Assembly (NCBI GenBank): GCA_963976585.1
Contig: CAXBLS010000001.1
Coordinates: 1,787-65,786 of the forward strand
Direction of reading: 5' to 3'
Origin: an uncultured Kordiimonadaceae bacterium
Lineage (GTDB): Bacteria > Pseudomonadota > Alphaproteobacteria > Sphingomonadales > Emcibacteraceae
Length of the DNA stretch: 64,000 nt
Shown here: one piece after another, positions 30,628 to 40,153 of the stretch
How the letters are laid out: each line of letters starts with the position of its first letter
Numbering within the stretch: position 1 is the stretch's first letter
Translations under genes and position numbers: made by a program
The notes under the pieces: model-generated
Told to the model about the DNA's origin: nothing
Databases searched by the model: none
What the model saw: only the letters and a program-made list of their open reading frames with translations

Positions 30628-32025
30628 ATGATGACTGTGAATAACGAAAACAGCGCGCTTGAGAGCGAAACCCAAATGGATGATGTGCTACCGGTTTCAC
30701 CAGAACTGGTGGAAGAGATTGTCTACGCCTTAGATAATCTGGATAACGAGCAGGTTGATTTCCTGCTTGACCCTCTACACAGTGCCGATGTCGCTGACAT
30801 ATTTGAACAACTTGGCGACAATCACCGAAAACTTCTGACCTCGATAATCGGTTCTCGCATGGAACCGGGTGTTCTTTCTGAGCTCGATGACAGCACCCTT
30901 GATGACGTGATTGCTGAAATGGACGACAGAGATGTCGCGCGAGCCATATCGCAGATGGAAAGTGATGATGCCGTTCATGTGCTTGAGGATATGGACGAGG
31001 TAGAGCAACGCAAAATTATTGAAGCACTGCCGGATGAATACAGACTTGCTATCGAAGAAGGGCTTTCCTACCCAGAAGATAGTGCCGGTCGTCTATTGCA
31101 AAGAACATTGGTCTCAGTGCCGGGTCGTTGGACGGTTGGTGCCGTGATCGATTATTTTAGAACTGCTGAAGATTTGCCTGACGAATTTTATGAGGTGTTC
31201 ATCGTCGATCCGAAGCATCACCCAATTGGCACAGTTGCGCTTAATAAAATCGTCCGTAGTGACCGTGATCAGAAAATTAGCGAGATCATGGAAGTAGACC
31301 CGACCGTGGTGCCGGTTGATACAGACCAGGAAGAAGTGGCCTACCTATTTCGTCAGTACGATCTGACATCCATGGGTGTTGTAGATGACGAGGGACGGCT
31401 CATCGGTGTGATTACCTTTGATGACATCGTTGATGTTATAGAGGAAGAAGCTGAGGAAGATTTGATGTTGATGTCCGGTATTCGGGAAACGGACATTACT
31501 GAAAGTGTCTTTGTGGCTTCCAAAAACCGTGTGATCTGGCTTATTGTCAATTTGGCCACAGCCATTCTTGCATCGATGGTCATTGCTATATTTGACGCAA
31601 CCATTGAACAAATGGTGGCGCTCGCCGTGCTGATGCCAATTGTTGCTTCAATGGGCGGGAATGCGGGCACTCAAACCATGACGGTGACGGTGCGTGCTAT
31701 TGCCACCCGTGACCTGACGGCGACTAACGTCAGAAGAATTGTTTTTCGCGAGTTTTCTATTGCACTTGTAAACGGCGTTATTATTGCGATTTTAATAGGC
31801 GGTCTGTCGTGGCTCTGGTTTGAGAATGTAATGCTAGGTTCGGTGATGGGTATCGCTATGATCGTCAATATGGTAATGGCCGGACTGGCTGGCATTTTAA
31901 TCCCGATAATGCTGGATAAGTTAAATGTGGATCCAGCGCTGGCCAGCAGTATCTTTGTGACTACAATCACAGATGTTATTGGTTTTTTCGCCTTTCTCGG
32001 CCTCGCGTCGATGATGTTGCTCTGA
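30628..32025 (+). CDS. mgtE: Magnesium transporter MgtE
   Basis: The N-domain, tandem CBS region and C-terminal five-helix membrane domain (GGNAGTQT, ITDVIGFFAFLG) are all present. The start is probably ATG 30628 or 30631 rather than the track's TTG 30580. Confidence 0.92.
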   Translation: MMTVNNENSALESETQMDDVLPVSPELVEEIVYALDNLDNEQVDFLLDPLHSADVADIFEQLGDNHRKLLTSIIGSRMEPGVLSELDDSTLDDVIAEMDDRDVARAISQMESDDAVHVLEDMDEVEQRKIIEALPDEYRLAIEEGLSYPEDSAGRLLQRTLVSVPGRWTVGAVIDYFRTAEDLPDEFYEVFIVDPKHHPIGTVALNKIVRSDRDQKISEIMEVDPTVVPVDTDQEEVAYLFRQYDLTSMGVVDDEGRLIGVITFDDIVDVIEEEAEEDLMLMSGIRETDITESVFVASKNRVIWLIVNLATAILASMVIAIFDATIEQMVALAVLMPIVASMGGNAGTQTMTVTVRAIATRDLTATNVRRIVFREFSIALVNGVIIAILIGGLSWLWFENVMLGSVMGIAMIVNMVMAGLAGILIPIMLDKLNVDPALASSIFVTTITDVIGFFAFLGLASMMLL

Positions 32026-32028
32026 TCA

Positions 32029-32448
32029 ATGACCGTTCATATTATAAAATTATGTGTAGGGGTAGATAGCGTGGAACACCTTATGGAGCTGCGAAAAGCC
32101 GATCCACGCAATAAAGGTCTTGAGTATAATTTTCATGTAACAAGGTTTAAACCTCGCAGAGCTGACGAAGTTCTTGATGGTGGTTCTCTCTATTGGGTGA
32201 TCAAAGGGTTCGTTCTTGCAAGACAGCGTATCATCGGGCTTGACGATGTTAAGACCGAAAGCGGCATTAAGTGTATGATCAAAATGGATAAGAAAATTCA
32301 TCTCACTGAAGGCCAGCCGCGCCGTGCTTTTCAAGGTTGGCGGTACTTGGAGAACAGTTCGGTGCCAAAAGATTTGCCCGCAAACAGCAAAGTAATTGAT
32401 ATCCCGCCAGAGCTTCGAAATGAACTTAAGGAGCTGGGTTTAATTTAA
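32029..32448 (+). CDS. DUF1489-family protein
   Basis: 139-aa ORF with IKLCVGVDSVEHL, GGSLYWVIKG and RRAFQGWRYL, which I recall as DUF1489 hallmarks in Alphaproteobacteria. Confidence 0.75.
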   Translation: MTVHIIKLCVGVDSVEHLMELRKADPRNKGLEYNFHVTRFKPRRADEVLDGGSLYWVIKGFVLARQRIIGLDDVKTESGIKCMIKMDKKIHLTEGQPRRAFQGWRYLENSSVPKDLPANSKVIDIPPELRNELKELGLI

Positions 32449-33391
32449 GTTCTTGATAAGGGGTCTTTTTTAGCTTGGCAGTGTCAAAACTACGCAGCCC
32501 GTTTATACGTATGACGCTACTCAGGCTGTCAATATATTCAAATCCAAGTTCAGAATAGTAAAGAAGTGTGAATAACAAATCTTCGTTTACGACAATGTTT
32601 TCACTGCTGGAAAATTTGTCGCGTTCGGTTCGAAAATCCTGGTAAGCGGGATGGGTGTTTAAATTGAGCGCATAACCTTCGACGGCGCTGATCAGATTTT
32701 TAAATCTTTTAATACTATGGGTTGCCCCTGCTTCTCGCGCAAGAGGTATCATCCCACTGGCATCATTCCAGGTCCATTGCCCGTAAAGGGCATTGGCTTC
32801 CTGCGCAAACCTTGAGGCGCCCCAACCGGTTTCAATGGCCGCCTGAGTTAACGCAAGCGAGGCTGGTATAATATTCATGCGACTGTGAAGTTCATCAATA
32901 TTAAATTCTTCCATCCGGTAACGCAACATTTTGCGTCTGAGCCAATATAACTCATTTAGCGATGCATCGCCGTTTATTTCAATGGACCTCATTATTTCGA
33001 GAAGCCGTTTGCGCTCATAAAGGATATATTCGTTAACTTTTAATATTGGCGGTAATAATGATGATATAAAAAGCTCTTTTTTGACATCTATATCATTTAA
33101 AGTGGTCAGCTCGCGGGGGAGTTTTTCGAGGAAGAGATTCGGCACATCTGCTTCGCCTCTTTTGATTTCCGCAAGGTTATAACCGTAGGCAGCGAATCTC
33201 TTTGTGACATTTTCACCATCGGCTAGCTTCAAATGGCTGATCAGAGAGACCGTAGAGAAGCTGTTTCTACTCTGATTCACTTCATATACAGAAATATAGA
33301 GGGGTAAACAGACAAATGCTGCCAACAAAAAGAGTGAAATAACGGCTTTTTTTCCAAAAGATGTAGATTCTCGTCGTATGCTACTAGCCAT
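32426..33391 (-). CDS. Membrane-anchored glucosaminidase-domain protein (Bax/FlgJ-like muramidase)
   Basis: 321-aa ORF with an N-terminal transmembrane segment and the motif LTQAAIETGWGASRFAQEANALYGQWTW, typical of the mannosyl-glycoprotein endo-beta-N-acetylglucosaminidase domain. Confidence 0.8.
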   Translation of the reverse strand: MASSIRRESTSFGKKAVISLFLLAAFVCLPLYISVYEVNQSRNSFSTVSLISHLKLADGENVTKRFAAYGYNLAEIKRGEADVPNLFLEKLPRELTTLNDIDVKKELFISSLLPPILKVNEYILYERKRLLEIMRSIEINGDASLNELYWLRRKMLRYRMEEFNIDELHSRMNIIPASLALTQAAIETGWGASRFAQEANALYGQWTWNDASGMIPLAREAGATHSIKRFKNLISAVEGYALNLNTHPAYQDFRTERDKFSSSENIVVNEDLLFTLLYYSELGFEYIDSLSSVIRINGLRSFDTAKLKKTPYQELKLNPAP

Positions 33392-33522
33392 AGATATCCT
33401 AAAAGGGTAAGTTGTTCCTCTTGTAAACTTATAGTAATATAGTGAGTCTTCAATTGCCAGATTTTTAGTTCATTGGGATTATGGTTCTAAAAAATTGGGC
33501 TGGCAGGGGAGTGGAGAAGGAA

Positions 33523-34377
33523 ATGCCGAAAAGTAATAATAAGGCACATATTATTGTTGTGGGAAATGAAAAGGGCGGCTCGGGGAAGTCCACTACAGCG
33601 ATGCACATAATTGTCAGCCTAATGAAAAGAAATTTTAATGTTTCTGTTGTCGATCTCGACTCGCGGCAGAAATCACTCGCGCGCTATCTTGAGAATCGTT
33701 TGAATTATGCGGAGAAACATGAACTTCAACTCACGATTCCGGACGTCTACATCCTTTCTCGTTCCATGGAGGGAGATATAGACAACATGATGTTCGAAGA
33801 TACGCGGAATTTTTCAGAACTTATAGATGAGTTGAACGAAGATTCGGATTTTATTCTTATTGATTGTCCGGGCAGCGATTCAAACCTCGCGCGGTTGGCC
33901 CATAGTGTCGCTGATACTTTGATTACACCGATCAACGACAGTTTTGTCGATCTTGATTTGCTGGCAACGGTTGATCCGGACACATTTAAAGTTGATAAAC
34001 TTAGCCTCTACAGTGAAATGGTCTGGGATGCGCGCAAACACAGAGCAATGACAGATCGCGGTACCATCGACTGGGTGGTAATGCGAAATAGAACATCGTC
34101 GCTCGATGCTATAAACAAGCGCAGAGTTAACGAAGCTCTTAAGGAGCTGCAAAAGCGAGTTTCATTTAGATATATACAAGGACTTGGCGAGCGGGTTGTT
34201 TATCGTGAGCTTTTCCCAAAGGGACTAACGCTTGTTGATGTTCGTGATGCCGAGGAAAAGGTAACCATGTCTCAGATCGCGGCGCGTCAGGAAGTAAGGC
34301 GACTGATGGGGGATCTTAATTTACCTGGATGGCGGGAAGAGCAAGCTGAAAAAAAGCTGCAAGGTGTTAATTCATAA
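33523..34377 (+). CDS. mipZ: Division-plane positioning ATPase MipZ (ParA/MinD superfamily)
   Basis: Deviant Walker A in HIIVVGNEKGGSGKST. It is collinear with my memory of Caulobacter MipZ (DLDxRQxSxxRxxENR, TPxNDSFVDxDxLxTVDP, WVVxRNR, YRELFPxGLT). I prefer ATG 33523 after GGAGAAGGA; the ORF opens at 33481. Confidence 0.88.
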   Translation: MPKSNNKAHIIVVGNEKGGSGKSTTAMHIIVSLMKRNFNVSVVDLDSRQKSLARYLENRLNYAEKHELQLTIPDVYILSRSMEGDIDNMMFEDTRNFSELIDELNEDSDFILIDCPGSDSNLARLAHSVADTLITPINDSFVDLDLLATVDPDTFKVDKLSLYSEMVWDARKHRAMTDRGTIDWVVMRNRTSSLDAINKRRVNEALKELQKRVSFRYIQGLGERVVYRELFPKGLTLVDVRDAEEKVTMSQIAARQEVRRLMGDLNLPGWREEQAEKKLQGVNS

Positions 34378-34821
34378 ATGCAATATATTATCTTACTCCT
34401 AGGGGCCGTGATCCTATATTTTGCCATTTCAAAATATCTCAGTAAACAACCTGAAAACTTTAATGATATATTTCGAAAAGTCCTAGCGGTTGTGCTTGGT
34501 GCGGCAGCTTTTGTCATACTGGTTAAAGGCAATATCGCTGTGGCTGGTGTGCTCGGCACTGCAGCCGTACTCTCTTGGCAAGGATCTCTTTGGGCTTATC
34601 TTCAATCAAAGGCAGAAGGGCCGCGGGTACCCGGGGCTACTAAAGATGGCATGACCCGTGAACAGGCGCTCGAAATACTTGAACTTAATGCAAACCCGAC
34701 AGAAGCAGAAATTAAAGCGGCTCATCATCGACTTATGATGAAAATTCATCCGGATCAAGGTGGATCAGGATATTTTGCAGCTCAGTTGAACCAAGCTAAA
34801 GATCTGTTATTAAAGAAATAA
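34378..34821 (+). CDS. Inner-membrane J-domain protein, Pam18/Tim14-like
   Basis: 147-aa ORF with two hydrophobic helices, then the J domain EQALEILELNANPTEAEIKAAHHRLMMKIHPDQGGSGYFAAQLNQAKDLLLKK containing HPD. The start codon abuts the mipZ stop (TAAATG). Confidence 0.8.
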   Translation: MQYIILLLGAVILYFAISKYLSKQPENFNDIFRKVLAVVLGAAAFVILVKGNIAVAGVLGTAAVLSWQGSLWAYLQSKAEGPRVPGATKDGMTREQALEILELNANPTEAEIKAAHHRLMMKIHPDQGGSGYFAAQLNQAKDLLLKK

Positions 34822-34833
34822 ATAGGATAAGAA

Positions 34834-36231
34834 ATGCCAACAAAGCATCAATTTAACAGTACGATATTACGTGAATACGACATCCGAGGAATCGTGGGAG
34901 ATACACTAACCGAAGCCGACGCAACTGCTCTGGGGCGGGCTTTTGGCTCCGTAATTATCAGAAACGGCGGGCGTAAAGTTTGCTTGGGTTATGATGGCAG
35001 GCTAAGCTCACCAACGATGGAAAAAGCGATCTTGTCTGGATTGCTGTCCACCGGCCTTGATGTCGTCAGAATTGGCCTTGGGCCTTCACCAATGCTTTAC
35101 TACTCCGTCTATGAGCTTGATACTGATGGTGGCATCATGATCACTGGTTCTCACAATCCATCCAACTATAACGGCTTTAAAATGATGATCGGCAAAGGCG
35201 GCTGCTACGGCGAGCAAATTCAGGAAATTGGCCGAATGAGCGCGCAAGGCGATCTTGAAGAAGGAAGCGGAAGTGATACGAAGGTAGATATTTTTGAACG
35301 CTACGTAGACCGTATGCTTGAAGATGTGGATATGGACGCGATGCAAAGTGCTAACATGACCGTTGGCTGGGATGCCGGCAACGGTGCTGCCGGAGACGTT
35401 ATCTCTGCGGTTACTAAGCGCCTACCGGGAAATCATATCCTTCTTAATGAAAAAATTGATGGAACATTTCCGTCTCATCATCCCGATCCAACGGTTGCTG
35501 AAAATCTTGTGGAATTACAGGATGCAATTGCTGCTAATAATATGGATATAGGCATAGCCTTTGACGGTGATGGAGACCGCATCGGCGCTGTTGATTGCGG
35601 CGGTGAAATAGTCTGGGGCGATCAACTGCTGGCCATCCTCGCTGAAGATGTGCTCGAAGATTTGCCGGGGTCAAGAATTATTGCCGATATCAAATGCAGC
35701 CAGGTTCTTTTTGACCATATCAATAAACTTGGTGGCGATCCGGTCATGTGGAAAACCGGTCATTCGCTTATAAAAAGTAAAATGGTTGAACTCGATGCGC
35801 CATTGGCCGGTGAGATGAGTGGTCATATATTCTTTAAGCATAAATATTACGGCTTTGATGATGCGGTGTATGTTGCCCTTCGTTTACTTAACAAAGTAGC
35901 GAAAACGGCGGGTGGTCTTGAGGCGCTTCGTAAGAATTTGCCTGCCGTTGTCAACACACCGGAAATCCGGATTGAATGTGCCGAAGGCCGACCATTTATA
36001 GTTGTTGATGAGGTGCTAGAACGTCTTCGAAATACTGACGCCAATGTCAATGACCTTGATGGCGCGCGGGTCCTTTCAGAAGACGGTTGGTGGCTCATTC
36101 GCGCTTCAAATACGCAGAATGTGATTGTTGCGCGCTGCGAAGGTAAGGACCGTGAGGCACTTGAACGTGTTTATGCCAGTTTATCTGAACAACTTAAATT
36201 GAGCGGCGTAGAGCCGCCAAAGCTGACCTAA
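34834..36231 (+). CDS. Phosphomannomutase/phosphoglucomutase (alpha-D-phosphohexomutase family)
   Basis: 465-aa ORF with the active-site loop TGSHNPSNYNGFK, the metal loop FDGDGDR and the sugar loop GEMSGH. Confidence 0.9.
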   Translation: MPTKHQFNSTILREYDIRGIVGDTLTEADATALGRAFGSVIIRNGGRKVCLGYDGRLSSPTMEKAILSGLLSTGLDVVRIGLGPSPMLYYSVYELDTDGGIMITGSHNPSNYNGFKMMIGKGGCYGEQIQEIGRMSAQGDLEEGSGSDTKVDIFERYVDRMLEDVDMDAMQSANMTVGWDAGNGAAGDVISAVTKRLPGNHILLNEKIDGTFPSHHPDPTVAENLVELQDAIAANNMDIGIAFDGDGDRIGAVDCGGEIVWGDQLLAILAEDVLEDLPGSRIIADIKCSQVLFDHINKLGGDPVMWKTGHSLIKSKMVELDAPLAGEMSGHIFFKHKYYGFDDAVYVALRLLNKVAKTAGGLEALRKNLPAVVNTPEIRIECAEGRPFIVVDEVLERLRNTDANVNDLDGARVLSEDGWWLIRASNTQNVIVARCEGKDREALERVYASLSEQLKLSGVEPPKLT

Positions 36232-36395
36232 GCACAGATAGTCACACGTATATTTTTATTGTTTCTGAATTATGGTATGATTAATTCAAGTTACTTATTA
36301 TGCGTTTTTGAATAATATTTTATTTTACCCCTTTAAAAACAAAATAAATATTTTATCTTTAATAGAGTACGACAACAAAGCTAAACGGTAGTGAA

Positions 36396-36722
36396 ATGAG
36401 CAAAAAAGACAAGGATAACGAGGGTGGTTTAGAAGGTTCTGTAATAACTAAAGCCAAACCTAAAACCAAAAAGCCCTCGATGTATAAAGTCCTCATGATC
36501 AATGATGACTATACACCGATGGATTTCGTTGTTCATGTTTTGCAGAAGTTTTTTAAAATGCCAGAATCACAGGCCTTGAGAATAATGCTTCAAGTGCACC
36601 AGCAAGGTGTCGGTTTATGTGGCGTTTTTAGCTTTGAAGTCGCCGAAAGTAAGGTGCATCAGGTGGTTGATTATGCGAGGAAGCATGAACACCCTCTTCA
36701 GTGTACTCTTGAAAAAGAATAA
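36396..36722 (+). CDS. clpS: ATP-dependent Clp protease adaptor ClpS
   Basis: 108-aa ORF with [25 protein letters not shown] and the [11 protein letters not shown] core, directly upstream of clpA. Confidence 0.95.
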   Translation: MSKKDKDNEGGLEGSVITKAKPKTKKPSMYKVLMINDDYTPMDFVVHVLQKFFKMPESQALRIMLQVHQQGVGLCGVFSFEVAESKVHQVVDYARKHEHPLQCTLEKE

Positions 36723-36738
36723 ACTAAAGGAGAGACGA

Positions 36739-39057
36739 GTGCCGACATTTTCGCCAAATTTGGAACACACACTTCATCGAAGTGTCGCTGAGGCCAACAA
36801 ACGAAATCACGAGTTTGCTACATTGGAACATCTTCTGTTAGGTCTTTTGGATGATCAGGATGCAGTTGCAGTGCTTCGTGCCTGTGATGTTAATATTGCG
36901 CAGCTTCGTGCTGAGTTAAAAGCTTATCTCGATCAAGAGCTTGAAAATATCACCGAAGAAACAAGTCTTGATGCAACGCCAACGGCGGGATTCCAGCGGG
37001 TCATTCAGCGCTCTATTCTGCATGTGCAAAGTAGTGGCCGTGAAGAGGTTAACGGCGGTAATGTGCTCGTGGCGTTGTTTTCAGAGCGGGAAAGTCACGC
37101 GGTCTTTTATTTGCAGCAACATGAGGTATCGCGCCTAGATGTGGTCAATTACATCTCTCACGGTCTTGCCAAATCAGGTGAAAATGAAGGCGAGAGCGCC
37201 ATAGATGACGATTTGGAGGATGACGATGGTGAAGGCGGCGAGGGTGGCTCAAAAACGGCCGTTGAAAAATTTTGCATAAACCTTAATGAAAAAGCACGCG
37301 AAGGAAAAATCGATCCATTGATCGGACGGGTCGCGGAAGTGGAACGCACTATTCAGATTTTATGTCGCCGATCAAAAAACAATCCGCTTTATGTAGGTGA
37401 TCCTGGCGTCGGAAAAACTGCTATTGCCGAAGGCCTTGCGCTTCGCATCGTGAAAAAAGAAGTGCCGGAAGTACTTCACAACGCAACTATTTATTGTCTA
37501 GAGATGGGGACACTCCTTGCAGGAACACGTTTTCGCGGCGATTTTGAGGAACGTATCAAGGCGGTGATCAAGGAAATTGAAGAAATGGAAGGTTCAATCC
37601 TTTTCATTGATGAAATTCACACAATCATAGGTGCAGGTGCAACAGGTGGCGGGGCTATGGATGCTTCGAACCTTCTCAAACCGGCGCTTTCAAAAGGGGC
37701 GCTGCGCTGCATCGGTTCCACCACTTACAAGGAATATCGTTCTTATATTGAAAAGGATCGCGCGCTACTACGTCGTTTCCAAAAAATCGATGTTGTTGAG
37801 CCTACCGCACAAGAAACCAAAGAAATCCTCAAAGGTATTAAGAAATATTTCGAAGAACATCATAACGTGAAATATAGTGATGAGGTTATCGAAGCGGCGG
37901 TTGATCTTTCTGTTCGTCATATCAATGAACGTAAACTTCCCGATAAAGCCATAGACGTGATCGACGAAGTTGGTGCATCGCAAATGCTTGTTCCAGAAGC
38001 AAAGCGTAAGAAAAACATCACAGTGGAAGATGTGGAAAATGTGGTCTCCAAAATGGCACGTATCCCACCGAAGAGTGTATCAAAAGACGATAAAACTGTT
38101 CTTAAAACTCTGCCGAAGGATCTGAAGCGGGTTGTCTTTGGTCAGGATAAAGCAATTGAAGTGCTGTCTGATGCTATTAAATTATCGCGTGCGGGACTGC
38201 GTGAAGAAGACAAGCCGATCGGCTGTTATCTCTTTAGCGGCCCGACTGGTGTTGGTAAAACCGAGGTTGCAAAACAACTTGCCAGCCTTCTAGGTGTCGA
38301 AATAGAGCGTTTTGATATGTCTGAATATATGGAGCGTCACACGGTTTCCCGTCTGATCGGCGCGCCTCCTGGGTACGTTGGGTATGATCAAGGTGGGTTG
38401 CTCACCGATGCTATCGATAAAACGCCCCATTGCGTATTGCTTCTTGATGAAATCGAAAAGGCGCACCAGGATGTTTATAATATTCTGCTGCAGGTGATGG
38501 ACCATGGTACATTGACCGATAGCAACGGCAAAAAAATAGATTTTAGAAACGTAATTCTGATTATGACCACAAATGCTGGCGCCGCTGAACTCAGCAAAAC
38601 GGCCATTGGTTTTGGCAAGTCCGATCAGTCGGGCGCAGACGAAGAGGCGATTAAAAAACTCTTCTCCCCGGAATTTAGAAACCGGCTTGATGCGATTGTG
38701 CCGTTTTCATCTCTACCACCTACCGTCATTGAACAGGTTGTTGAGAAGTTTATCCTCGAACTTGAAATGCAGCTCGAGGACAGAGGTGTCCATATCAAAT
38801 TGTCGCCTGCGGCCAAAGCTTTCATAGCTAACAAAGGGTATGACAAGCATTTTGGTGCTCGTCCCCTTAAACGTGTTATTCAGGAAGATATCAAAAAACC
38901 GCTCGCCGATGAGTTATTATTTGGTCGCCTGATCGAAGGTGGTGAAGTTAAAATTGGGTGTAAAGACAAGAAGCTGATTATCGATATCGAACCAGGTAAG
39001 GTGCTTGCAAAACCAAAATCAAAAGGTAAGAAGAAAGAAAAAGAGCCTGCCAAGTAA
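36739..39057 (+). CDS. clpA: ATP-dependent Clp protease ATP-binding subunit ClpA
   Basis: It has the Clp N-domain, two AAA+ modules (GDPGVGKTA and GPTGVGKTE Walker A) and a basic tail. I chose the GTG start at 36739 after AGGAGAG. The track ORF from 36607 overlaps clpS and is an upstream read-through artefact. Confidence 0.93.
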   Translation: MPTFSPNLEHTLHRSVAEANKRNHEFATLEHLLLGLLDDQDAVAVLRACDVNIAQLRAELKAYLDQELENITEETSLDATPTAGFQRVIQRSILHVQSSGREEVNGGNVLVALFSERESHAVFYLQQHEVSRLDVVNYISHGLAKSGENEGESAIDDDLEDDDGEGGEGGSKTAVEKFCINLNEKAREGKIDPLIGRVAEVERTIQILCRRSKNNPLYVGDPGVGKTAIAEGLALRIVKKEVPEVLHNATIYCLEMGTLLAGTRFRGDFEERIKAVIKEIEEMEGSILFIDEIHTIIGAGATGGGAMDASNLLKPALSKGALRCIGSTTYKEYRSYIEKDRALLRRFQKIDVVEPTAQETKEILKGIKKYFEEHHNVKYSDEVIEAAVDLSVRHINERKLPDKAIDVIDEVGASQMLVPEAKRKKNITVEDVENVVSKMARIPPKSVSKDDKTVLKTLPKDLKRVVFGQDKAIEVLSDAIKLSRAGLREEDKPIGCYLFSGPTGVGKTEVAKQLASLLGVEIERFDMSEYMERHTVSRLIGAPPGYVGYDQGGLLTDAIDKTPHCVLLLDEIEKAHQDVYNILLQVMDHGTLTDSNGKKIDFRNVILIMTTNAGAAELSKTAIGFGKSDQSGADEEAIKKLFSPEFRNRLDAIVPFSSLPPTVIEQVVEKFILELEMQLEDRGVHIKLSPAAKAFIANKGYDKHFGARPLKRVIQEDIKKPLADELLFGRLIEGGEVKIGCKDKKLIIDIEPGKVLAKPKSKGKKKEKEPAK

Positions 39058-39139
39058 CAATATTTTGATATGACATTCAGCTATAGTTCAGCCATACTCT
39101 TTTATAATAGCTGCTGAACTCAAAATTATAGGTGACAAA

Positions 39140-39538
39140 ATGTTAAAAACTCTTATTTGTACAGCAAGCTTTTTTGCTCTCGGTTTTATGGCCAGTAACG
39201 CGCAGACGAACACTGAGCGCTACGATAAAGAAATGGCAAAATATAAACAAACCAATACCTTTGAAAATTGTGTGAGGCCTAGCCTCATCAAGCAAACCAA
39301 AGTTCTTGATGACCAACACATCATATTTGAGATGAGAAATAACAGGGTATATCTCAATACTCTCGACCATAAATGTTCGCGGCTTGGATTTGAAAGAAGC
39401 ATAACCTACAATGTCCGTGGCGGTAGATTATGTAGCACGGATGTGGTTTCTGTTCTTGACACAACAGTAGGCGCTGGCCCAGGTTGCTTTCTTGGTAAGT
39501 TTGAGATTTTGGAAAAGCTGCCCAAAGACGGCGACTGA
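39140..39538 (+). CDS. Small secreted four-Cys protein, paralog 1 (DUF6491-like, tentative)
   Basis: 132-aa ORF with a signal-like N-terminus (FFALGFMASNAQ). It shares four conserved cysteines and the C-terminal motif GxFEILEK with the ORF at 39745. Confidence 0.65.
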   Translation: MLKTLICTASFFALGFMASNAQTNTERYDKEMAKYKQTNTFENCVRPSLIKQTKVLDDQHIIFEMRNNRVYLNTLDHKCSRLGFERSITYNVRGGRLCSTDVVSVLDTTVGAGPGCFLGKFEILEKLPKDGD

Positions 39539-39574
39539 TATTATACTCGGTCGAAATTTCCATCTTTAGTCTAA

Positions 39575-39598
39575 TCACCCCTTCTCGAAAAAGGGTGA
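39575..39598 (+). terminator. Possible terminator hairpin after paralog 1
   Basis: TCACCC(CTT)-CTCGAA-(AAA)GGGTGA stem-loop 37 nt after the stop. No clear T tract follows. Confidence 0.35.
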
Positions 39599-39744
39599 AT
39601 TCGATCACAAATTACAATTAAAAATTGTTAAAAAAGATAAAAAAAATATTAATACAAATTTAGGTTGTTAAAAAAGTAATAAGAGTTGCATAAAGTAAAG
39701 TGCAATGTTATTTATGGTTATGGTTTTAATATAATGAAAAGGAA

Positions 39745-40122
39745 ATGGCTATGAAGAAGATGTTATTATTATCAGTAGTGTTTGTGACGGCTTGGGGGGG
39801 CGTAGCGGCATTTGCATTTGAATCCATGGAACAAAAAGCAGCCAAGGAGATGGCAAAATACAATCAGACCGGTGAATTTGAGAGGTGTATAAGTTACAGT
39901 TTAATCGATAAAACAACCATTCTTGACGACACAAGGATACTTTTCGAATTAAAAAACAATAGGTATTTGCTCAATACAATGAACAGCGAATGTAAAAGCC
40001 TTTATTTCGAAAAGAAGTTTAATATGACGCCTAATGGTAACAAGCTTTGCGCCAAAGATATGATTTCGACTCCGCGCGCTACTTGTTTACTTGGAAGTTT
40101 CGAAATTTTAGAAAAGAAATAA
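39745..40122 (+). CDS. Small secreted four-Cys protein, paralog 2 (DUF6491-like, tentative)
   Basis: 125-aa ORF with a signal-like N-terminus (LLLSVVFVTAWGGVAAFA). By my hand alignment, about 45 of about 97 aligned positions are identical to paralog 1. Confidence 0.65.
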   Translation: MAMKKMLLLSVVFVTAWGGVAAFAFESMEQKAAKEMAKYNQTGEFERCISYSLIDKTTILDDTRILFELKNNRYLLNTMNSECKSLYFEKKFNMTPNGNKLCAKDMISTPRATCLLGSFEILEKK

Positions 40123-40153
40123 TAAATTTTATTCGAGTTGGGTATTAAGAATC

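Noticed and set aside
36607-36738. The 816-aa track ORF extends clpA upstream into clpS.
   Set aside because: The extra 44 codons overlap clpS in another frame and have no ClpA similarity. A GTG at 36739 follows an AGGAGAG Shine-Dalgarno and gives the canonical ClpA N-domain start.
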